Below, in pieces: positions 25,945 to 35,299 of a DNA stretch of 64,000 nt. The stretch covers positions 17,681 to 81,680 of the forward strand of contig CAXMQV010000127.1 in assembly GCA_964195905.1 (NCBI GenBank). The letters are read 5' to 3'. The notes below the pieces were generated by a model, which was not told the origin of the DNA, made no database searches, and saw only the letters and a list, made by a program, of their open reading frames with translations. How positions within the stretch are numbered: position 1 is the first letter of the stretch; each line of letters begins with the position of its first letter. The translations under genes and the position numbers were made by a program. The stretch comes from an uncultured Gammaproteobacteria bacterium. Lineage in GTDB: Bacteria; Actinomycetota; Acidimicrobiia; Spongiisociales; SHLN01.

Positions 25945-27132
25945 ATGCCGACAACTCCCTTCGTCCATGAAGACGTGACTAGGACGGCGCTGGCCGCCGA
26001 CGAGGCCCGATTGACCCGACTCTTCGGAGCCGACGACGGCCTGCTTCCGTTGTGGATCGCCGAGCCCTACCTCGACCTCGCCCCGGGCGTGGTGGCCGCA
26101 CTCCAAACCCGGGCCAGGTCGGCCTGGTACGGCTACGAGGCCCGCCCGCCTTCAGTCAAGAACGCCTTCTGGGAGTGGATGACGGCCCGGCATGGCTGGG
26201 ACGGATCGGGCCTGGAGACGATCGTGAGTCCGAGTGTCGGGACCTCAATCGGGGTGCTGATCGAAGAGCTGACCGGCCCCGGGGACGGCGTGATCCTGCA
26301 GCCCCCGGTTTTCACCGACTTCAAACCGCTGGTGGCAAGAGCTCACCGGACCCTGGTGCGCAATCCGCTCGCGCTCACCGATGACGGATACCGAATCGAT
26401 CTGGATGGGCTGGCCGCAGCCGCCGAAGAACCAACCACCAGGGCCCTCATCCTGTGCAATCCGCACAATCCGGTTGGTCGGGTGTGGACGGGCGAAGAGC
26501 TGGCTGCAGTCGCCGAGATCTGTGCCCGCCACGACTTACTCGTCATCGCCGACGAGATCCACGCCGACCTGGCGCTCCCACCCAACCGGTTCACTCCGTT
26601 CGCGCGGGCAGCAACCGGGTCGGGAGTGGCGTGGGCGGCCACCCACGGTCCGATCAAGACGTTCGGCCTGGCCGGCGTGTGCGACACGCTGCTCGTGACC
26701 GACAACGAGGCTGTCGCCGAATCGTTTCGTAAACGGAGCTCACAGCTCCACCTCACCCGCAACAACGTCTTTGCCGTCACTGCCTTCCAGGCCGCCTACC
26801 GCACCGGGGCGCCATGGCTCGACGGGCTCCTGGAACTCGTCGATCACAACCTCAGGCTTCTCCGGACCCGGCTCCCGGAGGGCATTGGGCTGATCGAGCC
26901 GGAAGGCACCTATCTGGCCTGGCTCGACTTCCGGCCGCTCGGCATGGAGGTGCCCGAACTGGTGGAGTGGCTGACGTCGGCCGGCCTGGCGCTGAGCCCG
27001 GGCCACTGGTTCGGGCGGGAGGGGGCCGGATACGCCCGCATGACGGTGGCGGTGCCGAGCGAACAGATCGAGGACGCCATCGGCCGCCTCACCCGGGCGG
27101 TAACCGGCCGGCGAGCCGGCTCCGGCGGGTAG
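25945..27132 (+). CDS. MalY/PatB-type PLP-dependent C-S lyase (aminotransferase class I/II)
   Basis: LPLWIAEPYLDLAPGV, YGYE, NPHNPVGRVW, GPIKTFGLAG (PLP Lys). Confidence 0.8.
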   Translation: MPTTPFVHEDVTRTALAADEARLTRLFGADDGLLPLWIAEPYLDLAPGVVAALQTRARSAWYGYEARPPSVKNAFWEWMTARHGWDGSGLETIVSPSVGTSIGVLIEELTGPGDGVILQPPVFTDFKPLVARAHRTLVRNPLALTDDGYRIDLDGLAAAAEEPTTRALILCNPHNPVGRVWTGEELAAVAEICARHDLLVIADEIHADLALPPNRFTPFARAATGSGVAWAATHGPIKTFGLAGVCDTLLVTDNEAVAESFRKRSSQLHLTRNNVFAVTAFQAAYRTGAPWLDGLLELVDHNLRLLRTRLPEGIGLIEPEGTYLAWLDFRPLGMEVPELVEWLTSAGLALSPGHWFGREGAGYARMTVAVPSEQIEDAIGRLTRAVTGRRAGSGG

Positions 27133-27145
27133 CCCGCTTCGGCCG

Positions 27146-28951
27146 CTAGCTCCCGGCCACGATCTTGCGGACCTGCCCGTCGAACGTAGTCAGGTACAGC
27201 TCCCCGTGACCGTCCTCGCCGAAGGAGGAGACGGTGGCAGTGATGCCGAGATCCCACTCCCGAGAGGTCGTGATGGCTGATCCGTCATAGAACAGGCCGC
27301 GCACGAACTTGGCACAGAAGTCGCTGTACAGGTAGGCGCCGTGCAGGCCGTCGATCCCCCACCCCCGGTACACAAATCCCCCGGTCACCGAGCAACCCTC
27401 GGTGATGTTCGAGTAGGCGACGAGTGGTTGGATGTACGAGCTCGTGTCGCAACCGGTGGTCCCCGGCGGGTAGCAGCCAAAACCCTCCTGCACGTTCCAG
27501 CCAAAGTTGCGCCTGGGGGCGGACCGGGACACGACGTTGATCTCTTCCCAGGTGTCCTGTCCGACGTCGCCGATGTAGATGAGGGGCCCGTCCCAGTCAA
27601 AGCGCCACGGGTTCCGGAGCCCGATCGCCCAGATCTGGTCGCTTCCGGTCCCGTCCACGTCCAACCCGACGATGGCACCGAGCGGCGTAGAGGCGTTCTG
27701 GCCGTTCCCGAATGGATCGCCGCCTCCGCCCCCGTCCCCGAGCCCCACGTGGAGGCGGCCGTCGGGACCGAACTGGATCATGCCGCCGTTGTGGTTGGAG
27801 GCCGGTTGATCGACCGAAAGCAGGGTACGAACAAACCCGGGGCCACCGGCCGCGTCCCGGTATTCGACCACCCGGGTGTCACCGGCGATGTTCGTGTAGT
27901 GGACGTAGAACAACCCGTTTGCGGCGAAGGACGGATGAAATGCCATTCCAAGCAGCCCTCCTTCGCCGCCGCTCGTAACCGATGTCGACAGGTCCAGGAA
28001 TGGCGGTGCCAGCACGACGCCGTCTTCGACGATCTTGATGCGGCCCCCCTGCTCAACCACAAACAAACGATCGTCACCGGCGGGAGCCGTCACAAACACC
28101 GGCCGGACGAATCCGCTGGCGACCGGCTCGAGAGCGAGCCCCGGCAGGGGCGGCGGTGAGCCGAGGTGGCCGGCTACCGGAAGCCAGCCCGACTCACCGA
28201 AGCGAAGTTCCTCGTCGGCCACAGGGTTGGTGTTTTCGTTGACGAGCAAGAACCGGGCCGGCCATCGGGCGCCGAGCGTGTCATCCCCGTCCCCGTCCCA
28301 GTCGCCGGCCAGCACTATGGTGCCGCCGCTGCCGTTGCTCCCGAAGGTGCCGCCCGGCGGAGCGATGCCTCCGCCGGCGGGGAGGCCGGCCAGGTCCTGG
28401 GTGATGAAGACCATCTGGCCGTCGTCCCGGTGGACCCCGACGGTATCCCGGCCGTCGCCGTTGAAATCGCCGGCGAACGGGCGGTCGCCCGGCGCCCCGA
28501 AGAAGAAATCGAGATCGGCAACGGAGGTTTCGAGCCTGTTTCCGAGGAAGAACCGGCCGTTCCGAAAGACGCCGAATGTGTCGCAGCCGTCCCCGTCCCA
28601 ATCCCCGGCGATTGGCACGTCGCCCGGAATCCCAAAGAAGAACGTCTGCTCCCCCACTCCGAAGTCGTTGCTGTCGCGGAGATAGGCGAATCCGTTCGAT
28701 TTCCGGTACAGGGCAACGGTGTCGATGCCGTCACAATCCCAATCACCCAACAGTGGAGTGTCACCGGGGATCCCGAAGTAGAAAGAGGTTATCCGTCCGT
28801 CCGCATACCGGAGATGCCAGCGGCCGCTGGCCGGGTCGAACAGCCCGACCTCGTCGGGAACCCCAATCGCGGCAGGGGCCGGAGTCGCCGGCGCCGCCAG
28901 CAGGGCCGCCACCACCGCTACAACCAGTAATCCAGACAGAGACCTCTCCAC
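27146..28951 (-). CDS. secreted FG-GAP-like repeat protein fused to a PQQ-dependent glucose/sorbosone dehydrogenase beta-propeller
   Basis: Four repeats of FxFGxPGDxPxxGDWDGDGxDT, then HNGGMIQFGPDGRLHVGLGDGG. Start moved to GTG (VERSLSGLLVVAVVAALLAAPA signal peptide). The ORF is open to 29011. Confidence 0.8.
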   Translation of the reverse strand: MERSLSGLLVVAVVAALLAAPATPAPAAIGVPDEVGLFDPASGRWHLRYADGRITSFYFGIPGDTPLLGDWDCDGIDTVALYRKSNGFAYLRDSNDFGVGEQTFFFGIPGDVPIAGDWDGDGCDTFGVFRNGRFFLGNRLETSVADLDFFFGAPGDRPFAGDFNGDGRDTVGVHRDDGQMVFITQDLAGLPAGGGIAPPGGTFGSNGSGGTIVLAGDWDGDGDDTLGARWPARFLLVNENTNPVADEELRFGESGWLPVAGHLGSPPPLPGLALEPVASGFVRPVFVTAPAGDDRLFVVEQGGRIKIVEDGVVLAPPFLDLSTSVTSGGEGGLLGMAFHPSFAANGLFYVHYTNIAGDTRVVEYRDAAGGPGFVRTLLSVDQPASNHNGGMIQFGPDGRLHVGLGDGGGGGDPFGNGQNASTPLGAIVGLDVDGTGSDQIWAIGLRNPWRFDWDGPLIYIGDVGQDTWEEINVVSRSAPRRNFGWNVQEGFGCYPPGTTGCDTSSYIQPLVAYSNITEGCSVTGGFVYRGWGIDGLHGAYLYSDFCAKFVRGLFYDGSAITTSREWDLGITATVSSFGEDGHGELYLTTFDGQVRKIVAGS

Positions 28952-28999
28952 GCCGGGCAGGCTACCGGACGGGCAGATCTGTGCGACCAGAGGGGTCTC

Positions 29000-29785
29000 A
29001 TGCAGACTCAAGGGATTCGCAGGAGCGTCGAACCAACTCCTGTGAACCGCTCAAACCTCTTCCTTCTGGGAGTGGCAGTCTCGCTCGCGCTCCTGGCTGC
29101 GGCACTGCTCAGTTCGGAATCCTTCGCTCCAAGCGATATCACGGCCAGCTATCAGGTGCGGGGCGACTCGATCGTGCTCCTGGAAGGTGAGCCCGAGCCA
29201 TGGCACGCCGGGGCGTGGGAACGTTGGGTCGAGCTGGTCCCGAGCTCCGCCCGGTGGCGGGTTGGGAGGTTCGACGCCATCGACGGCGCCAATGAAGGCC
29301 AGGTGGAGCCGATCTCCGACAGCTTGCAGGTGTGGAGCCTGCGCATCGCCGAACTCGACGACCGGGTTCTCGATGTCGCCCTCATCCACGAGCTGGGCCA
29401 TCTCGTTTCCCTCGGCCCAACCGAGGTGGTGCCGGCCACCGACCGGTCGGTCAAACAGAACTGTGTGACCTATTTTTCGGTGGAGGGTTGTGCGATTCCG
29501 GGCCGGGTCTTCGAGAGATTCGTAAGCACGTTCTGGGATGGGGAAGGAAGCTGGGGCGAGAGCCAGGCGGCCGCTGATGAGCGGCATCGGCAGCAGCCGG
29601 GATCGTACGTGACCGCCTATGCAGCCACCAACCCCGGCGAGGACATCGCCGAGACGTTCGTGTTCTTCATATACCGGCTCCGCCCGACCGAAACCTCGGT
29701 GGCCGACGAGAAGATTGCCCTGTTGTGGGAGTTCCCCGAGCTGGTCGAGCTCCGTCAGATTCTTCGACGCTCTCTGGTTCAGTAA
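29000..29785 (+). CDS. membrane-anchored putative zinc metalloprotease (HExxH)
   Basis: N-terminal TM LFLLGVAVSLALLAAALL. IHELGHLV motif. No further family assignment. Confidence 0.6.
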   Translation: MQTQGIRRSVEPTPVNRSNLFLLGVAVSLALLAAALLSSESFAPSDITASYQVRGDSIVLLEGEPEPWHAGAWERWVELVPSSARWRVGRFDAIDGANEGQVEPISDSLQVWSLRIAELDDRVLDVALIHELGHLVSLGPTEVVPATDRSVKQNCVTYFSVEGCAIPGRVFERFVSTFWDGEGSWGESQAAADERHRQQPGSYVTAYAATNPGEDIAETFVFFIYRLRPTETSVADEKIALLWEFPELVELRQILRRSLVQ

Positions 29786-29788
29786 CGA

Positions 29789-32700
29789 TCACCTGAAATC
29801 GCGGCTCTTCACCTTCTCAACAAGAAGAGGATGGAACCGGCGCGCCACCAGGTTGGTGACTCCATCACGGAATTCGAGAATGCCCTCGATGATGAGCCCG
29901 GCTTCTTTGCGAGCGACCTCCCGCTGGGCATCCCAAACCGCCGGCAACACGACCACATTGAGCAGGCCGGTCTCGTCCTCCAGGTTGAAGAACATCACTC
30001 CGTTTGCCGTGCTGGGACGCTGACGATGAGTCACGATCCCTCCCACCCGCACTCGCTTGCCGTGCCGCCTCCGGCCGAGGGCATCGGAAACGGTCAGGCA
30101 CCCCTCCATCTCGAGCTGAGCCCTGACGAACTCGACGGGATGACGTGAGGAGACTCCGGTTGTCCACAGATCGGCCTGCATCTCCTCCAGCTCGGACATG
30201 CCCGGCAGGGGCGGCGCCTCTACCCCGGGAGCCAGCGCCAGCCGATCCGGTCCGAGACCGGCGGCGGCCCCGGCTGCCCACATCCCGTCCCGCCTGCCAA
30301 CCCCCAGCGACTCGAGCGCCCCGGAGGCCGCCAGGCTCTCGAGAGCATCGAGGGGAAGGCCGGTCCGCTGTGCGAGATCTTCGACCGACGAGAACGCTTC
30401 GCCGAACCGGCGAGCCGCCTCGATGCGGGTGACCTCGGCATCGCCAAGGTTGCGCACGTACCGCAGCCCCATTCGGAGTGCCACGGGCGGGCGAAGCGGA
30501 TCTCCCTCCGGGCCCCGTCCGCGCCGGTAGCGCATGGCGTAGTAGGTGACAATGTCGTCCTGATCGGCTTCGGCCGGCTCGACCGTGCAGTCATATTCGG
30601 AGCGGTTCACGTCGGGACCCTCCACGATCACGCCGTGGCGCTGGGAATCCTGAACGAGCGAGTTCGGGGTGTAGAAGCCCATCGGCTGGGCGTTGAGGAG
30701 ACCGCACAGGAACTCGGTCGGCCAGTGGTATTTGAGCCAGGAGGAGGCATAGACGATGTAGGCGAAGCTCACCGAGTGACTTTCGGGGAATCCGAAGGCG
30801 GCAAACCCCTGCAGCTTCTCCCAGATCTCGTCGGCGGCCGCTCCGGTGATCCCGTTGCCCGCCATCCCCTCGTACAGCTCGTCCTGGAGCTTGGCCATCG
30901 CCTCGACGCTCCGCTTGGAGGACATCGCCATCCGTAACCGGTCGGTCTGGCCGCCACTGAACCCGGCGCATACCCGGGCCAGCTCCATGAGCTGCTCCTG
31001 GAACACGGGGACTCCAAGCGTCTTCTCCAAAATGGGCTGAGCGAGCGGATGAGGGTAGGTGATGGGCGCTTCACCATTTCGTCGTTGCAGAAAGGGATGC
31101 ACCGAGTGACCCTGAATGGGACCGGGACGGATGAGGGCTACTTCGATGGCCAGGTCGTAGAACGTCTTTGGCTTCATCCGCGGCAACGTCGCCATCTGGG
31201 CTCGCGACTCCACCTGGAACACGCCGACGGTGTCGGCCTTGGTGAGCATCTCGTAGATGACCGGCTCCTGGGGGATGGTGGCGAGGTCAACACTGATGGC
31301 ATGGGTCTCTGCGATGACGTCAACGGCCAGGTGGAGCGCATTGAGCATGCCGAGACCGAGCAGATCGAACTTGACGATCCCGATGGCAGCGCACGACTCC
31401 TTATCCCACTGGAGAACCGACCGATCCTCCATCCGACCCCACTCAAGCGGCACCACCTCGTGGAGCGGCCGGTCGGCAATGACCACCCCACCGGAATGTA
31501 TGCCGAGATGGCGGGGGAAGCCGTCCAGACGGTGGCAGGTCTCGTAGATGAGATCGGCGGTGAGGCCCGCCGGGAGCTCGACCTGACTGGAAATCGACTT
31601 CGGGTCGCGGGTATCGAGATATTTGGTGAGCCCATTGACCTGTGCCTGGGTGAGCCCGAAGGCCTTGCCGACATCCTGGAGCACCGATCGAGCCCGGTAG
31701 GTGATGACGTTGGCCACCATGGCAGCCCGCTCCCGCCCGTACCGCTGGTAACAATACTGGATGACCTCCTCACGCCGCTCGGCCTCGAAGTCGACGTCAA
31801 TATCGGGGGGACGGCCGCGTTCCTCGGACAGGAAGCGTTCGAATGGCAGGTGGAGCCGGATCGGATCGACCCTGGTGAGCCCGATGCACCGGCACACCGC
31901 CGAGTCGGCTCCCGACCCCCGGATCTGGCAGTAGATATCGCGCGAACGGGCGAACTCGACGAGATCCCACACAATGAGGAAATAGCCGGGAAACCCGAGC
32001 TCATCAATGATCTTCAACTCATGTTCGAGACGAGTGGCAGCCCGGGGCTCAACTCCCCCGGCCCCGTCCGGGTACACATCACGGGCACCCTCGAACACGA
32101 GATGGCGCAGGTACTCCATCTCGCTGCGGAAATGACCCGGCATCGGAAAGTCGGGAAGGCGGGGGGCCACCAACCGCAGGTCGAATGCCAGCGACTCCCC
32201 GAGCCGGGCGGCCGTCGCCACCGCCCCCGGAAAAGGGGCAAAGCGACGCTCCATTTCGGCCGGCGACCGGAGAAACCGTTCATCGGTGGCAGGTCGGAAC
32301 CCGTCGGCGGTATCGAGATCGCGCCGGCCGCCGATGGCAGCGAGCACCTCGGAGAGGTCGACCCGGTCGCGGGTGTGATAGTGGACGTTGTTGGTGGCAA
32401 CCACCGGAACCCGGAGCTGGCGAGCCACCTCGGCGACCAGCTGGTTGCGAGGGTCGTCCTCGGGCATAGCGTGATCCCACAGCTCGGCGTAGAGACGGTC
32501 GCCGAACACATCTCGCAGCCGACTTAGCTCCCGCCGTACTCCAACCGCATCACCGATCCCGGCCGCCCGGGGGACCGCCCCCTGATGGCACCCGGTGAGA
32601 GCCACCAGTTCGCCCCGGCGGGCAGCCGTCGCCAGATCATCCCACCGGTAGGCGGGCCGGTCCTTCTCTCCCCGGAACTGGGCTCGGGTGATGAGCTCAC

Positions 32701-33112
32701 CGAGGGCGGCATACCCGGCCGGCGACCCTGACAGCAGCACGAGATGATCGGTCGGGTCGGGGCCGGTTGGCTTTGACCCGTGCATCTGGCGGATCCGCCC
32801 CCGCCGTTTCTTGTTCGGGCTCTGCGCCAACTCGGGGTTGCCCCCCGGCCCCGGGATCGGATTGGATTCCGGGTCCTGCTGGTCACCGAGGCCCCCGATC
32901 GGCAGCCCGATCTCCGCCCCGTACACCGTCGGCAATCCCGACTCCCTGGCTGCTTCGTTGAACTGGACGGCACCGTAGAACCCATCGTGATCGGTCACTG
33001 CCAGGGCCGAGTAGCCGAGCTCGACTGCCTGTTCAACCAGCTCAGCGGGCCAGGAGGCTCCGTCGAGGAACGAGAAATTGGAATGGCAGTGGAGCTCGGC
33101 GTAGCTGGTCAT
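29789..33112 (-). CDS. dnaE2: error-prone DNA polymerase III alpha homologue DnaE2
   Basis: 1107 aa. PHP N-terminus MTSYAELHCHSNFSFLDGAS. Pol III alpha core. LexA box 13 nt upstream. Confidence 0.92.
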   Translation of the reverse strand: MTSYAELHCHSNFSFLDGASWPAELVEQAVELGYSALAVTDHDGFYGAVQFNEAARESGLPTVYGAEIGLPIGGLGDQQDPESNPIPGPGGNPELAQSPNKKRRGRIRQMHGSKPTGPDPTDHLVLLSGSPAGYAALGELITRAQFRGEKDRPAYRWDDLATAARRGELVALTGCHQGAVPRAAGIGDAVGVRRELSRLRDVFGDRLYAELWDHAMPEDDPRNQLVAEVARQLRVPVVATNNVHYHTRDRVDLSEVLAAIGGRRDLDTADGFRPATDERFLRSPAEMERRFAPFPGAVATAARLGESLAFDLRLVAPRLPDFPMPGHFRSEMEYLRHLVFEGARDVYPDGAGGVEPRAATRLEHELKIIDELGFPGYFLIVWDLVEFARSRDIYCQIRGSGADSAVCRCIGLTRVDPIRLHLPFERFLSEERGRPPDIDVDFEAERREEVIQYCYQRYGRERAAMVANVITYRARSVLQDVGKAFGLTQAQVNGLTKYLDTRDPKSISSQVELPAGLTADLIYETCHRLDGFPRHLGIHSGGVVIADRPLHEVVPLEWGRMEDRSVLQWDKESCAAIGIVKFDLLGLGMLNALHLAVDVIAETHAISVDLATIPQEPVIYEMLTKADTVGVFQVESRAQMATLPRMKPKTFYDLAIEVALIRPGPIQGHSVHPFLQRRNGEAPITYPHPLAQPILEKTLGVPVFQEQLMELARVCAGFSGGQTDRLRMAMSSKRSVEAMAKLQDELYEGMAGNGITGAAADEIWEKLQGFAAFGFPESHSVSFAYIVYASSWLKYHWPTEFLCGLLNAQPMGFYTPNSLVQDSQRHGVIVEGPDVNRSEYDCTVEPAEADQDDIVTYYAMRYRRGRGPEGDPLRPPVALRMGLRYVRNLGDAEVTRIEAARRFGEAFSSVEDLAQRTGLPLDALESLAASGALESLGVGRRDGMWAAGAAAGLGPDRLALAPGVEAPPLPGMSELEEMQADLWTTGVSSRHPVEFVRAQLEMEGCLTVSDALGRRRHGKRVRVGGIVTHRQRPSTANGVMFFNLEDETGLLNVVVLPAVWDAQREVARKEAGLIIEGILEFRDGVTNLVARRFHPLLVEKVKSRDFR

Positions 33113-33124
33113 GAAGCACCATTA

Positions 33125-33140
33125 TCGAACATATGTTCGA
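33125..33140. promoter_or_regulatory. LexA (SOS) box TCGAACATATGTTCGA upstream of dnaE2
   Basis: Perfect palindrome matching the actinobacterial consensus TCGAAC-N4-GTTCGA. It lies 13 nt from the dnaE2 ATG and 57 nt from the divergent membrane-protein ATG. Confidence 0.85.
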
Positions 33141-33196
33141 TCGCCGCAAATGGGGAAACGCTCAAGCCGAAGAGCGGTTGGGACGTCTCTGTACCC

Positions 33197-33658
33197 ATGA
33201 CCCCCGGGTTCCCCGTTCGCGCTGCCATCCTCAGTGTGCTCGGCGCCGTCCTCGGCGCCGTCCTGTGGGTGCTCATCGCCATCGCCGCCGATCTCGAACG
33301 CGCCGTGCCGGTGGTGCTCGTCGGGGTATTCGCCGGAGCCGCTAGCCGGATCGAGCCTCACCGGAACCGGTCAACTCAGGTGATGGCCCTGCTGGCCACC
33401 CTCGTGGGGATGACCATCGTCCAGTACCTCGTGGTCCGGCACAGCATCGTGACCGAGCTGGTCGATTCGGGAGCGGACCGCTCCGTGCCGATGTTCCTCT
33501 CCGCCTCCTCCATGTGGTCCGTGACCTTCGGCTGGCTGCGGGTGTATCCCATCGACGCTATCTTCTGGGCGATCTCGGCCGCGGCCGCCTTCGTGCTTCC
33601 TCGTCACCGAGCCGAAGCGACCATCCCGCTCGATGTCTTTCAGGAGCGCGCCGGCTAG
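33197..33658 (+). CDS. hypothetical integral membrane protein
   Basis: Start at MTPGFPVRAAILSVLGAVLGAVLWVL. About 4 TM helices. Divergent from dnaE2. Confidence 0.55.
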   Translation: MTPGFPVRAAILSVLGAVLGAVLWVLIAIAADLERAVPVVLVGVFAGAASRIEPHRNRSTQVMALLATLVGMTIVQYLVVRHSIVTELVDSGADRSVPMFLSASSMWSVTFGWLRVYPIDAIFWAISAAAAFVLPRHRAEATIPLDVFQERAG

Positions 33659-33675
33659 CGCCGTACCATCGGGGC

Positions 33676-34767
33676 ATGAAATATGCTCCCGCCGACCTCG
33701 ATGACGCCCGACGCCGCATCGCCGCCGCCGAGCTCGTTGCCGTCGCCAGCAATCACCTGACCGCCGACCTCTACTCCGCCCTCGAGTTCTCGGACCTCGT
33801 CGCGATCAAGAACCTCCTCAAGAAGTTCTTCTCCGCTCAGCCGTGGAGCGCCGACGACGCCGATCGTCTTGACATGTTCCTGCGTCGCAACGTCGAGACG
33901 GCCGACGGCTGGTTTGAGCACGACCTCGGCGCCGGCTTGACCCTGCAACACGGATTCGACGACGGCATCTACCGCCTGTGGGCAACCGGGGGCAACGACG
34001 ACGAGGCATCGATATTCGACCGGGTCTTCTCCGGGCCCGTTCAACCCGAGGCCACCCCGAACCCGCGCCACGTGCGCTTTGTGATCGGAGGAACACCCGC
34101 TCCCGGCGTCTGGTTCCGCCGCGGCGATGACTTGACCGATGACCGGGCCGAAACGCTGCTCGACGATCCCGATGTCACCGATGTACTGGTGGCTGGTGAT
34201 TTCGTTGCCGTCGGACTGCGCCGGGCTGCCATGTGGAAGGACCGGCTCGACGATCTCGTCCAGCGCGTCACCGACCTGTTCTGGACTCCGGAGCGGGTCG
34301 TCACCGATCTGGACGGACCGACCCGCGACGAGCTCGTATCCGGGCAGACCGCCGGTGCCCTCCACCTGCTCAATCCCGACGATCCGGAGAGCCGTACCAC
34401 GCTGGAAACCGCCCTCGGCAGCGAGGATGCCCGCCATCGCCGAATGGCCGTCGCCACGCTCTCCCAGTCGACCGATCGGGCGTTGGCGGTGGCAACACTG
34501 ATGAGCTCTTTCGCCGACGCCTCGCGCGTCGTGCGCCGCACGGTCATCGACGTCGCCGTCGATCTGGAGACCGAGGAGCTGCGGAGCCTGCTGGAACGGG
34601 CCCTCGCAGACGAAGACGATTGGATCCGCTGGAAGGCGGTCAAGGGCATCGCCGGGCTCGGCCTCTCTACAAGCGCAACAGCCATTGAGTCCCTTGCCGA
34701 TGATCCGGACTTCCAGGTCCGGTTCGAGGTGGCCGCCGCCCTCAGGCGATTGAACGGAGACGGCTAG
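33676..34767 (+). CDS. Nfu_N-like plus HEAT-repeat protein (YpgR/CvfC-like)
   Basis: Start MKYAPADLDD. Central DVTDVLVAGDFVAVGL (Nfu N-terminal-like). C-terminal PBS/HEAT-type repeats (DEDDWIRWKAVKGIAGLG, DPDFQVRFEVAAALRRL). Confidence 0.55.
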   Translation: MKYAPADLDDARRRIAAAELVAVASNHLTADLYSALEFSDLVAIKNLLKKFFSAQPWSADDADRLDMFLRRNVETADGWFEHDLGAGLTLQHGFDDGIYRLWATGGNDDEASIFDRVFSGPVQPEATPNPRHVRFVIGGTPAPGVWFRRGDDLTDDRAETLLDDPDVTDVLVAGDFVAVGLRRAAMWKDRLDDLVQRVTDLFWTPERVVTDLDGPTRDELVSGQTAGALHLLNPDDPESRTTLETALGSEDARHRRMAVATLSQSTDRALAVATLMSSFADASRVVRRTVIDVAVDLETEELRSLLERALADEDDWIRWKAVKGIAGLGLSTSATAIESLADDPDFQVRFEVAAALRRLNGDG

Positions 34768-35171
34768 ACGGCCGCCGCCTTGAGGTGCTTGGTGGGACGG
34801 GAGACGATGTACCAGCAGATCCCGACTGCCAGAGCCGCCATCCCGACACCGGTATAGACATTGCGTACCGCCAGTCCGATGGTGAGAGCGAAGCTGGCAG
34901 CGACCGCCATCACGCCGGTGATCTTCATGCGGCGGGTGAAGCCCAAACCGGCCCGATAGTCACGGATCATGGGACCGAACAGACGATGGCTGATGATCCA
35001 CTCATGGAGCCGCTCGTTGCCCATCGCGAAGAAGAAGGCCGCCAGCAGAATAAAATCGAAGGTGGGGATTCCGAGGACGCCGACGCCGACAAACCCGAGC
35101 GCGAGAAACAACAGGCCAAGGCCCGTATAGATCACCCGCAGTACGCGGCTACGCGAAAGCTTGTCCGACAT
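34764..35171 (-). CDS. DUF454 (YbaN-like) inner-membrane protein
   Basis: MSDKLSRSRVLRVIYTGLGLLFLALGFVGVGVLGIPTFDFILLAAFFF. The N-terminal ORF extension to 35315 runs through the heptamer arrays and is rejected. Confidence 0.7.
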   Translation of the reverse strand: MSDKLSRSRVLRVIYTGLGLLFLALGFVGVGVLGIPTFDFILLAAFFFAMGNERLHEWIISHRLFGPMIRDYRAGLGFTRRMKITGVMAVAASFALTIGLAVRNVYTGVGMAALAVGICWYIVSRPTKHLKAAAV

Positions 35172-35213
35172 CGGCGGGCAGGATACCTGTTCTGTCGAGC
35201 AAAGCTCGACGGA

Positions 35214-35248
35214 GCCGACCGCCCACCGCCCACCGTCGGCCGCCCAGA
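35214..35248. repeat. tandem heptamer array (GCCCACC-like) x5
   Basis: gccgacc gcccacc gcccacc gtcggcc gcccaga. Confidence 0.8.
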
Positions 35249-35253
35249 CGAAC

Positions 35254-35299
35254 AGCTGGGAGCTCGTAGCGGTGGCTGGTAGCTGGTAGCTGGCAGCTC
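35254..35299. repeat. tandem heptamer array (AGCTGGT/GCTGGTA) x~6.5
   Basis: agctggg agctcgt agcggtg gctggta gctggta gctggca gctc. This is the reverse complement of the CAGCTAC family at 9726. Confidence 0.85.

Noticed and set aside
31049-32527. 492-aa + strand ORF
   Set aside because: It lies entirely inside dnaE2 on the opposite strand. This is a high-GC shadow ORF.
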